Positions 55,052 through 64,000 of a DNA stretch of 64,000 bases are shown here, piece by piece. The position numbers were made by a program, and so were the translations under genes. Origin of the DNA: Tannerellaceae bacterium (GTDB taxonomy: Bacteria > Bacteroidota > Bacteroidia > Bacteroidales > Tannerellaceae). The notes beneath the pieces are model-generated. The model was not told where the DNA came from. It ran no database searches and worked only from the letters and a program-made list of their open reading frames with translations. The stretch lies in NCBI GenBank assembly GCA_021203545.1, contig JAJQAZ010000104.1:11407-75406 (forward strand), in the 5' to 3' direction. Positions within the stretch are counted from its first letter, which is position 1, and each line of letters begins with the position of its first letter.

Positions 55052-57097
55052 TCACCAAATAACCACCCTATCCGAAGGTTTCATCCACATAGGATCGCCT
55101 TCTTTAATATCAAAGGCTTCGTAAAACGTTTCTACATTTTGTAAGGCAGCATTTACCCGCCATTTGCCTAATGAGTGTGGGTCGACTTTGGTAAGGCGAA
55201 GAATCTCTTCCGGGCGGATGTTTTGTCCCCATAGCGTGGCATAACCCAGATAGAAACGTTGGTTGTCGGTAAAGCCGTCTATATCGGCAGGTCTTTCTTT
55301 ACCCTTCAACGAATTCTGATAGGCCTGGAAAGATACTAATAAACCACCCTGGTCGGCAATGTTCTCGCCTAACGTGAAACGGCCGTTGGCATGTATAGTA
55401 TCCTGTACAATAATATGATCGTATTGTTGAACCAGAATATCTGCTTTTGCTTTGAACTTCTCCGCATCTTCTTCCGTCCACCAGTCGGTCAGGTTACCGT
55501 CTTTATCATAATTACGTCCCTGGTCGTCGAAACCGTGTGTCATTTCATGACCGATTACAACACCAATCGCACCGTAATTCACCGCATCGTCGGCATCCGC
55601 ATTAAAGAAAGGCGGTTGCAGGATCGCTGCCGGGAAACAAATCTCGTTTGTTGTTGGGTTATAATATGCATTTACAGTCTGTGGACTCATGTACCATTTG
55701 CCTCTGTCTACCGGTTTGCCGGCTTCGGCCAGCATTTCGGCCATTTCAAATTTGTTGGCACGGCGTACATTGGCCCAGTAAGAGTCGTTTTTGATTTGCA
55801 GGGAAGAATAATCTTTCCATTTATCCGGATAACCGATCTTCACAATAAAAGTAGTCAACTTTTCCTGTGCTTTTTCTTTGGTTTCATCGCTCATCCAGTC
55901 CAGATCATTGATTCGCTCACTTAATGCTTCCTGCAGGTTGTTAACCAGCGTGATCATTTTCTCTTTGGATGAAGCCGGGAAATATTTCTCTACATATAAT
56001 TCTCCTACAGCTTCGCCAAAAGCATCATTAACAGTGTTCAGCGAACGTTTCCAACGGGGTTGCTGTTCTTCCCGGCCGGACATTGTTTTGCCGTAGAATT
56101 CAAAATTGGCTTCCACAAACGGATCACTTAAATAAGGGGATGCCGCGCGTAACAAATGGAAGGATAAGTAAAATTTCTGTTCTTCCAGCGTTGTATTTTT
56201 CAACAAATTGTGAAGTCCTTCGTAATAAGGATACTGGCGTGGATTGATCTCTTCAATAGCTGCCAGGCCCAGTTCTTCGAAATAGATATCCCAATCCAGA
56301 AATTCACTCTGTGCTTTGAATTCTCCCAGCGGAACTTTGTTGTAATTCTTTCTGGAATCTCTTAATTCTTCGCGCGAGAAAGATATTTCAGCCAGACCGG
56401 TTTCGATTTTCATGACAGCCTCAACCGCAGCATCAGCCTGCTCCGGAGAGCGTCCGCTCAAAGCAAACAACTGGCGGATAAATTCTTTGTAAGCAGCCTG
56501 TATCCGCAGGGTACTTTCATCATCCAACAAATAATAATCACGGTCGCCCATGCCTTTGCCCGACTGGTATAACTGTACCAGATTTACCAGACTGTTCATT
56601 TCGTCCGCATCAACATAAATCGCAAAGAAAGGCATAATACCTTCTTTATGAAGAGAAGCGACTATACGGGTAAGGTCAGCCTTTGTCGCAATCTTATTAA
56701 TAGAAGCAATCTGCTCTTTTAAAGGCTCGTAACCATCATTGTTAAGTTTAATGCTATCCAGCCCCATAGCATACAGGGTACTGATCTTACGTGCGTTTTC
56801 GCTCTGGCCTTCTGTTATTTCATTTAGTTCCTGAATAAGGGTTTTCAGTTGCTCCTGATTATTTTCGCGCAACTGATCGAACGTTCCATACCGGGCATAC
56901 TCGGGCGTAAGGGGATTATTTTCGATCCACCCTCCACAGGCAAACTGATAAAAATCAGTACCCGGAGAAACAGACCTATCCAGGTTTTCCATATCAATAG
57001 CCGGAACCCGGGTTGTTTCTTCTCCGGAATCTTGTTTACAGCTTGTGCCGGTCAATATACCGGCCGCCATTAACGGAATCACGAAAAGTTTCTTCAT
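55052..57097 (-). CDS. pepO: M13-family zinc metallopeptidase (PepO / endothelin-converting-enzyme-like), lipoprotein
   Basis: Start set at MKKLFVIPLMAAGILTGTSC (cat 57095-57097). Carries HEMTHGFD (HExxH), the ENIADQGG motif, and the C-terminal W typical of M13. Confidence 0.93.
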   Translation of the reverse strand: MKKLFVIPLMAAGILTGTSCKQDSGEETTRVPAIDMENLDRSVSPGTDFYQFACGGWIENNPLTPEYARYGTFDQLRENNQEQLKTLIQELNEITEGQSENARKISTLYAMGLDSIKLNNDGYEPLKEQIASINKIATKADLTRIVASLHKEGIMPFFAIYVDADEMNSLVNLVQLYQSGKGMGDRDYYLLDDESTLRIQAAYKEFIRQLFALSGRSPEQADAAVEAVMKIETGLAEISFSREELRDSRKNYNKVPLGEFKAQSEFLDWDIYFEELGLAAIEEINPRQYPYYEGLHNLLKNTTLEEQKFYLSFHLLRAASPYLSDPFVEANFEFYGKTMSGREEQQPRWKRSLNTVNDAFGEAVGELYVEKYFPASSKEKMITLVNNLQEALSERINDLDWMSDETKEKAQEKLTTFIVKIGYPDKWKDYSSLQIKNDSYWANVRRANKFEMAEMLAEAGKPVDRGKWYMSPQTVNAYYNPTTNEICFPAAILQPPFFNADADDAVNYGAIGVVIGHEMTHGFDDQGRNYDKDGNLTDWWTEEDAEKFKAKADILVQQYDHIIVQDTIHANGRFTLGENIADQGGLLVSFQAYQNSLKGKERPADIDGFTDNQRFYLGYATLWGQNIRPEEILRLTKVDPHSLGKWRVNAALQNVETFYEAFDIKEGDPMWMKPSDRVVIW

Positions 57098-57215
57098 CTT
57101 TATTTTCTGATTTATAAAACTATAATTTGGGCACAAAGGTACGAAAAAGAACTAAAATGAATCATTATTTAACCATAATGAATGATTATTCGCCCTTTGC
57201 TGTCAGAATAATAAA

Positions 57216-57223
57216 TATTTTTG
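57216..57223 (+). promoter_or_regulatory. -7 box TATTTTTG for the GH35 gene
   Basis: Exact TAnnTTTG. The candidate ATGs at 57245 and 57260 lie 22 and 37 nt downstream. Confidence 0.45.
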
Positions 57224-57259
57224 CACAGTGAAAATCAACTAATAATGAATTATAAACAC

Positions 57260-59593
57260 ATGAAAAACATTTTGAAATTGACTCTGGTGTTTTCTTCTGT
57301 GATACTGTTGGCTTTTAGTAGCTGCAAAACGGATAAACAGAACACCTTTGAGATTGGAAAAAACACTTTTCTGTTGCATGGAAAACCATTTGTAGTAAAA
57401 GCTGCTGAAATCCATTACACACGTATTCCGGCCGAATATTGGGAACATCGTATCGAACATTGCAAGGCGTTAGGTATGAATACAATCTGTATTTATGCGT
57501 TCTGAAATATCCATGAACAACGGCCCGGTGAATTTGATTTTACAGGAAATAACGATATTGCGGCATTCTGCCGTCTGGCACAGAAACATGGTATGTATAT
57601 TATGTTGCGTCCCGGTCCGTATGTCTGTTCGGAGTGGGAAATGGGAGGTTTGCCCTGGTGGTTGCTTAAAAAAGAAGATATTGCATTACGTTCCAACGAT
57701 CCTTACTTTCTGGAACGTACCCGTATATTTATGAACGAGATTGGTAAAGAACTGGCTGATCTGCAGATTACACGGGGTGGTAATATTATAATGGTACAGG
57801 TAGAAAACGAATATGGTTCGTATGCTACTGATAAGGAATATATCGCTAATATCCGTGATATTGTAAAAGAATCAGGCTTTACGGAAGTACCCTTGTTTCA
57901 GTGTGACTGGAGTTCTAATTTTATGAACAACGCGCTGGACGATCTTTTATGGACAGTAAACTTTGGTACCGGAGCCAATATCGACGAGCAGTTCCGTACC
58001 CTGAAAGAGATGCGTCCCAATACACCGCTGATGTGTAGTGAGTTTTGGAGCGGTTGGTTCGACCATTGGGGCAGGGAGCATGAAACCCGGGATACCGAAA
58101 CAATGATAGCCGGCCTGAAAGATATGCTGGACCGTAATATCTCTTTCTCCTTATATATGACTCACGGAGGTACTACCTTCGGACATTGGGGAGGAGCTAA
58201 CAGCCCGGCTTATTCAGCCATGTGTAGTTCCTACGATTATGATGCACCATTGAGCGAAGCAGGCTGGACGACCCCTAAATATTTTGCTCTGCGTGAACTC
58301 ATGGCTAATTACCTGGATGAAGGACAGGTATTAGGTGAAGTGCCCGAAGCATTTCCGGTAATCGAAATACCGGAAATAGAGTTCAAAGAAGTAGCTCTGC
58401 TCTTCGATAATCTGCCGGAACCGGTTCCTTCGGAGGATGTAAAACCGATGGAACAGTTCGACCAGGGTTGGGGATCGATTCTGTATCGTACCAAATTACC
58501 GGCTGTAAAAGCAGGTACTACACTGTATATTACAGAAGTACACGATTGGGCACAGATTTTTGTAAATGGTAAACTGATCGGACGCCTGGACCGCCGCCGC
58601 GACCAGAATTCAATTAAACTGCCGGCTATACCGGCAGGAGCACAGTTAGACATCCTGGTTGAAGCGATGGGGCGTGTAAACTTTGACGTGGCTATCCATG
58701 ACCGGAAAGGGATTACTGAAAAAGTAGAACTGATAACCGAAGCCGGAGCACAGGAACTGAAAGGCTGGCAGGTATATAATCTGCCTGTTGATTATGCTTT
58801 TGTTAGCGACAAGCAGTATAAAGCAGGTAAGAAATCTGCCGCACCTGCTTTTTACCGTGCAACCTTTGATCTGGAAGAAACCGGCGATGTATTCTTTGAT
58901 ATGCAGACCTGGGGCAAAGGATTGGTTTGGGTGAATGGTATTTCTATCGGACGTTTCTGGGAAATCGGCCCTCAACAAACACTGTTTATGCCGGGTTGCT
59001 GGTTGAAAAAAGGAGAGAATGAAATCATCGTATTGGATCTGAAAGGACCGGACAAAGCAACTACCCGTGGTATTAATTATCCGATTCTGGATATGTTGCG
59101 CGAAGAAGCACCTTTAACTCACCGCAAAGAAGGACAAAATCTGGACCTGTCTGTAGAAACACCTGTGGCAGAAGGTAGCCTGGTTCCGGGTAATGGCTGG
59201 CAAGAAGTACGTTTTGACCAGGCTGTGAAAGCCCGTCAGTTCTGCCTGGAAGCATTGAGTGCACAGGACGGAAAAGACAATGCCGCAATTGCTGAGTTTT
59301 ACCTGTTGGACGAAAACGGACAACCACTTTCACGCCAGCACTGGCAGATCGCTTATGCAAGTAGCGAAGAGACAAAAGGTGGTAACTTTACCGCAGATAA
59401 AATCTATGACCTGCAGGAATCTACTTACTGGAGTACCAAACGGGGTGATAAATATCCCCACCAGGTAGTAATTGATCTCCGCGAGGAGGTAACCGTAGGT
59501 GGTTTTCGCTACCTGCCCCGTGCCGAAGAAGGCTATCCGGGCATGATCAAAGATTTTAAGGCCTATCTGAAAATGGGGCCGTTTACATACTAA
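57260..59593 (+). pseudogene. GH35 beta-galactosidase with a C-terminal F5/8-type (discoidin) domain, interrupted by an in-frame TGA
   Basis: Lipoprotein start MKNILKLTLVFSSVILLAFSSC (alternative ATG at 57245). ORF 57221..57505 and ORF 57593..59593 are in the same frame. Reading through the TGA at 57503-57505 gives ..NTICIYAF[*]NIHEQRPGEFDFTGNNDIAAFCRLAQKHGMYIMLRPGPYVCSEWEMGG.., so the stop replaces the conserved Trp of the GH35 F-W-N-x-H-E motif. ENEYG is present. Confidence 0.85.
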
Positions 59594-59742
59594 AACTTAC
59601 TTAAAATTGTTCTTATTCCCGGACCTGATCCGGGATCGCACATGAATCGGCGATCCTGGACCAGCTCCGGGATTATTTTGTGTTATATTTTGAAATGATA
59701 TTTATTTGTGTATATTTTCCTGTTAAAGAATCAGGCAGTCAC

Positions 59743-60318
59743 ATGGTCGAAGCTAACTCAAATAACCTTTTTTCTATGGAAGTGGCTTTCCGGCGCTTCT
59801 ACAAACCACTCCGGGCATATGCTTACCGGTTTGTGAATGACCGTAATCTGGCGGAAGACATTGTGCAGGATATTTTTTTTGAACTATGGAATAAACGAGC
59901 TGTGATCCGTTTTGATAAAGATCTGAAATCTTATTTATTTAAATCTGTCTATAATCGTTCTATCAATGCTCTGCATTATCAGTACAAACGATCCTTTAAT
60001 TCTCTCGAAACTATTGCGGAAGATGAAATACTCGAACAGTTTCTGATTTCAACACTCGAAGGGCAGGAGGATTCTTTGCTTATAAAAGAACTGCAACACG
60101 AAATTAATCAATACATAGAAACATTACCTCAACAATGTAAAAATATTTTTTTGTTAAGCAGAAGGGAAGGTTTAAAAAACAGGGAGATTGCGGAACAATT
60201 GGGTATCAGTATAAAAGCCGTAGAGAAACAGATCAGTAAAGCCTTATTGGGATTGCGTAAACATTTAAATGAAAAAGACTTATTATTTCTCCTCTGGTTA
60301 TTTAAGATGTATAATTAA
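59743..60318 (+). CDS. ECF-type RNA polymerase sigma-70 factor
   Basis: Start set at MVEANSNNLF (ATG 59743). Region 2 is AEDIVQDIFFELW; region 4 HTH is NREIAEQLGISIKAVEKQISKAL. Followed by FecR and SusC genes. Confidence 0.85.
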   Translation: MVEANSNNLFSMEVAFRRFYKPLRAYAYRFVNDRNLAEDIVQDIFFELWNKRAVIRFDKDLKSYLFKSVYNRSINALHYQYKRSFNSLETIAEDEILEQFLISTLEGQEDSLLIKELQHEINQYIETLPQQCKNIFLLSRREGLKNREIAEQLGISIKAVEKQISKALLGLRKHLNEKDLLFLLWLFKMYN

Positions 60319-60418
60319 GAAAACAGAAAAGCCGCTGGTATATAGCCAAACTATTTTTTTTCTGAAGAAGGTAGGGTAAAATGTTTCTGGATTGTACTAC
60401 TTATTAGAAGACAAGTAT

Positions 60419-61419
60419 ATGAAAGAAACAGATATTACGATATACCCTCTTATTGTCAGGTATCTGGATGGTACTGCAACTATCCGGGATAAAAAGAGAT
60501 TGCTGCTCTGGTTGAAGGAAACCCCGGAACATATAAAAGAATACTTTTTAATCCGGGATATCTGGTTAAGTACCGAAACTGAATTAGAAGATGATGAAAC
60601 CGGTAAAGCATTTTTACGTTTAAAAAGCCGTATAACAGCCAATCCCTCTGTTAAAAAAACTACTCATTCCTATTATATGCCTGTGGGGTTGTGGCCTGTG
60701 TGGCTATCCTGTTGGGTATAAATAGCTGGAAAGTAGCGAAACAACCCATTCCGGAACCGCAAATAGAAATAGTAAAAGAGTGTCATCTGATCACGGCTGC
60801 CGGTAGTAAAGGCCGTTTTGTCTTGCCGGATAGTACTGTTGTTTGGCTGAACGGAGGAAGCCGCCTGGTTTATCCTGAAAAATTTTCGGAACTAAATCGT
60901 CTGGTAAGTATAGAAGGGTGTGGTTATTTTGATGTAATACCGGATGAAGAAAGGCCATTTATTGTTTAGGCCGGAGATGTAAGGCTTGAAGTGGTAGGCA
61001 CATCTTTTAATATTTCCAATTATACGGAAACCGGAATTGTAGATGTGGCACTTTTAACCGGAAAGGTAAAGATCTCTGTACCTATCCATGAAGAGGATGT
61101 AGTAATTGAGCCTGACCATTGTTATGAATACAGGAAAACAGAACAAACCGGAGTTTTGAAAGAAGTTGATTCACACTTATATAATCAGTGGATTAATAAT
61201 AAACTGGTTTTTGATAACCGGAAACTGGAAGAGGTTTTCACTGTATTGGAAGGTTGGTTCAATAGGAAGATACATGTAAGCCGGGAAGTAAAGCAAAAAC
61301 AGGGAGTGTCTTTTACTGTCCGGGATGAGTCCATAGAAGAAGTATTAAAGGGATTAAGCAAAATCGTACCTATCCGGTACACGATAGAAAGAGAGGAAAT
61401 CAGAATTTTACCGCGGTAA
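60419..61419 (+). pseudogene. FecR-family anti-sigma factor, broken by one frameshift and one in-frame TAG
   Basis: Three ORFs (60392..60721, 60691..60969, 60991..61419) make up one FecR protein. The shift at the A7 run 60653-60659 (A8 would give ..NPSVKKNYSFLLYACGVVACVAILLG.., the TM helix). The in-frame TAG at 60967-60969 lies inside ..ERPFIV[*]AGDVRLEVVGTSFNI.., the FecR domain. Confidence 0.85.
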
Positions 61420-61597
61420 TACTATTATAGAATTTGAGTAATTAACTTTAAAAATCAGCAGGTATGGGAAAAACATGAAAAACAAAAAAGTAGATGAATG
61501 TTGCACCATCCATCTACCTTACAGACTTAATTAACGAACGAATCACTGGCCCGTAATAACCTGTGATTCAGTTTTAATCTTAAATCCGTGTAAATAT

Positions 61598-64000
61598 ATG
61601 AAGAATTTTAATTATTATGGAGTACAAAAGTATTCCACAGGGAGAATTATCTGCCGTATTTCATTGACTCTCCTGTTTTTTCTTTTTTTATTGTAGAGGC
61701 GTTTGCCAGTATGTCGTATGCGCAATCCACTAAGATCAATATTGATATGCGTAATTCGACAGTAAAAGAAGTTCTGAAAGAAATTGAGAACCTGAGTGAA
61801 TTTACTTTCTATTATAATGATGAGGCTATTAATAGCTCGCGGAAAGTATCCATACAGGCAAAGAGTAAAACCATAGAAGAAATATTATCTCAAATCCTTT
61901 CCGACTGCGATTATCAGATTGATAACAGAAACATTATTTTAACCCCCGCCGGTAAGCAGCAGGATCAAACAAAGAAAATTGAAGGCCGCGTACTGGATGA
62001 ACTTGGCGAGTCCATTATAGGGGCAAATGTCATGGTGGAAGGAAGTATGGTGGGTGTGATTACTGATTTTGACGGAAATTTCTCTCTCGAAGTGAAGCCG
62101 GATGATGTGTTGCTTGTATCTTATATCGGATATCTTTCCCAGCGTAAAAAAGTAGGAAATGAGAATTTCCTGCTTATTCAGCTACAGGAAGATTTGCAGA
62201 AACTGGATGAGGTTGTAGTAGTAGGTTACGGTACACAAAGAAAAGTCTCTGTTACAGGTGCTATTGCTTCAACCTCCGGTGATGATCTGGCGAAGATACC
62301 AACAACCAACGTTACTAATACCCTGACCGGACGTCTGCCGGGATTGGTCTCCTATAATCGTAGTGGAGAGCCGGGATATGATGATGCTACTTTGCGTATT
62401 CGCGGGGTAAGTACCACCGGGAATTCAGATCCGTTAGTTGTTGTGGATGGTGTTGCAGACCGTGCCGGTAGTTTTAATAGGCTGGACCCGAATGACATTG
62501 AAAGTATCTCTATACTGAAGGATGCTTCGGCTGCCATTTATGGGTCACGTGCGGCGAATGGAGTAATTTTGGTAACTACCAAACGGGGGAAAAGTGGAAA
62601 AACAACTGTTAATTATACCGGAAATGTCGGAATGAGTTCGCCGACACGTTTACCGCAAATGGCTGAATCATGGCAATATGCGGAGTTAAGAAATGAAATC
62701 CGTACAAGGATTAAAAACGAACCGGCAGAATATACACCCGAAGAAATTGAAAAATTCCGGAATGGTTCTGATCCGCTTAATTATCCTAATATTGATATTT
62801 TCGATTTGATGTTGAAAAAAGGGTTACAGACACAACATAATGTGTCACTTTCCGGAGGGAATGAAATCGTAACCTATTTTGCCTCTTTAGGGTATCAATA
62901 CCAGGATAATTATTATAAAAATAGTGCCAGCAACTATAACCAATATAATCTGCGTTCCAATATTGATATAAAGCCTCACAAAAATGCAAAGATCGGGATA
63001 AATATTGCAGCCCGCCAGGAAGACCGGAATTCGCCTGTTTATGGTTCGGAAGATATTTGGCGCTATATGATTAAATACGATCCCCGCTATAATGTAGTGT
63101 GGCCCGGAACAGATTATCCGACTACTGCTACACAGGATCTGTTTAATCCGGTAACGGCTGTGGATAATACAATGGGATATACTAAAGATAAACGGACTTT
63201 TTTCAACGCGGATATTACCGCACACCTGGATATGCCGTATATCACAGAAGGTTTGTCATTTGATGCGGGGATGTATATAGACCGTTATGATCAGTTCTGG
63301 AAAAAATGGGAAAACCAGTTTACCCTGTATGCAAAAGAAGGGGATGAGTATATCCCAAGGAACTATGGTCCGTCTAATGCAAAGCTAAATCAGAATATGC
63401 GGGAAGAATTGGGTATTACGTTCAATACCCGTTTAAACTATAACCGGATTTTTAATTCAATTCATAATTTGGGGGTATTTGTTGCATACGAACAGTATAA
63501 ATTCCGTCGTGATCATATGGAAGCCTACAGGCAGGATTTTGTTTCTACTCTTGTAGATCAATTGTTTGCCGGAGATAAGTCATCTTCAACAAATACCGGA
63601 ACCGCCAAAGAAACTGCTCGTCAGAATTATTTCGGACGTGTGGATTATGGGTTGAAAGACCGTTATTTGTTTCAGTTTAACTGGCGGTATGACGGTTCTG
63701 AAAATTTCCCTTCCGGTAATCGTTTCGGATTTTTTCCCGGTGTATCACTGGGATGGAGAATTTCGGAAGAAGAGTTTTGGAAAAACAATGTATCCTGGAT
63801 GGACTATTTAAAACTTCGTGCATCCTGGGAACAAATGGGTAATGATCAGGTAGATCCCTTCCAGTATATAACGGCTTATACGTTTAGTAATGCCGGTATT
63901 CTGGGTGGTGCCCCTCAAACCGGAGTTGCTTTGAATAGGACTGCAAATCCATATATAACCTGGGAGGTAGCCAACAGTTATAATGTAGGGATTGAAACCA
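61598..64000 (+). pseudogene. SusC/RagA-type TonB-dependent receptor with an N-terminal STN signalling extension; 3' end beyond the window; frameshift in the signal-peptide region
   Basis: The ATG at 61598 gives MKNFNYYGVQKYSTGRIICRISLTLLFF.., which stops at 61694-61696. The main frame (-1) reads FSFFIVEAFASMSYAQSTKINIDMRNSTVKEVL.. (STN domain), then the carboxypeptidase-regulatory-like domain (IEGRVLDELGESIIGANV), the TonB box/plug (LDEVVVVGYGTQRK, ILKDASAAIYGSRAANGVILVTTKRG), and the barrel to the window end. The frame change lies in the T6/T7 runs 61676-61689. Confidence 0.85.

Noticed and set aside
57503-57505. TGA as selenocysteine or as a reassigned sense codon (code 4 or 25)
   Set aside because: Other genes in the window clearly terminate at TGA (pepO, both ABC-F genes, anSME). 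The position is a conserved Trp, not Cys/Sec, and I saw no SECIS-like hairpin immediately downstream. A nonsense mutation or base-call error is the simpler reading.

Overview
This is a chromosomal segment of Bacteroidota (Bacteroidales) type. The taxon call rests on TAnnTTTG -7 boxes 15-50 nt upstream of most first genes, an ECF-sigma/FecR/SusC locus, gldH, and a serine-palmitoyltransferase-like gene.

Gene content, left to right:
- a degenerate IS256-family transposase and a split ABC-F ATPase
- purH and the rod-shape operon mreB-mreC-mreD-mrdA-rodA
- gldH and a PSP1/RicT-like gene
- an spt-like alpha-oxoamine synthase, divergent from a DAG-kinase-family lipid kinase
- trmN6, lon, a DUF5606-like gene and rplS
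- a GH3/beta-lactamase-fold fusion and a CobD/HisC-like aminotransferase
- envelope genes: a PlsC-type acyltransferase, a Wzi-like outer-membrane protein, a GT2 and an FtsX-type permease
- an AspC-like aminotransferase, YitT, an LTXXQ protein, an MFS transporter, a Uup-like ABC-F and NhaD
- anSME-tldD-pmbA
- a small accessory patch: a lipoprotein, a Tyr phosphatase, two PepSY-like proteins, a 6-bladed beta-propeller lipoprotein and unknowns
- nadD-gmk-yicC, tsaB, a TRL-like gene, an EFR1-type ferredoxin and DUF554
- an M13 peptidase, a GH35 beta-galactosidase and the start of a sigma/anti-sigma/SusC locus

No rRNA, tRNA or CRISPR array was recognised. I found no convincing new multi-gene protein system (defence, RiPP, secretion).

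The unexplained signals are mainly non-coding:
1. A family of modular hairpin repeats (modules A-F and a ~105-nt four-hairpin element X). They fill several intergenic gaps, abut stop codons in a fixed orientation, bracket a 3.5-kb gene cassette as inverted copies, and build a 537-bp quasi-palindrome.
2. Two arrays of four units with an exact 22-bp period. One is nested in a long ORF-free gap and contains a perfect 17-bp-arm palindrome.
3. A duplicated 38-bp promoter module built on AATTGTCAATT repeats.
4. An unusually high density of gene-inactivating lesions. Five or six are homopolymer frameshifts and two are in-frame nonsense codons, so this is either assembly error or real gene decay.

All coordinates were read by eye from the sequence and the ORF track. 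No database search or computation was possible.
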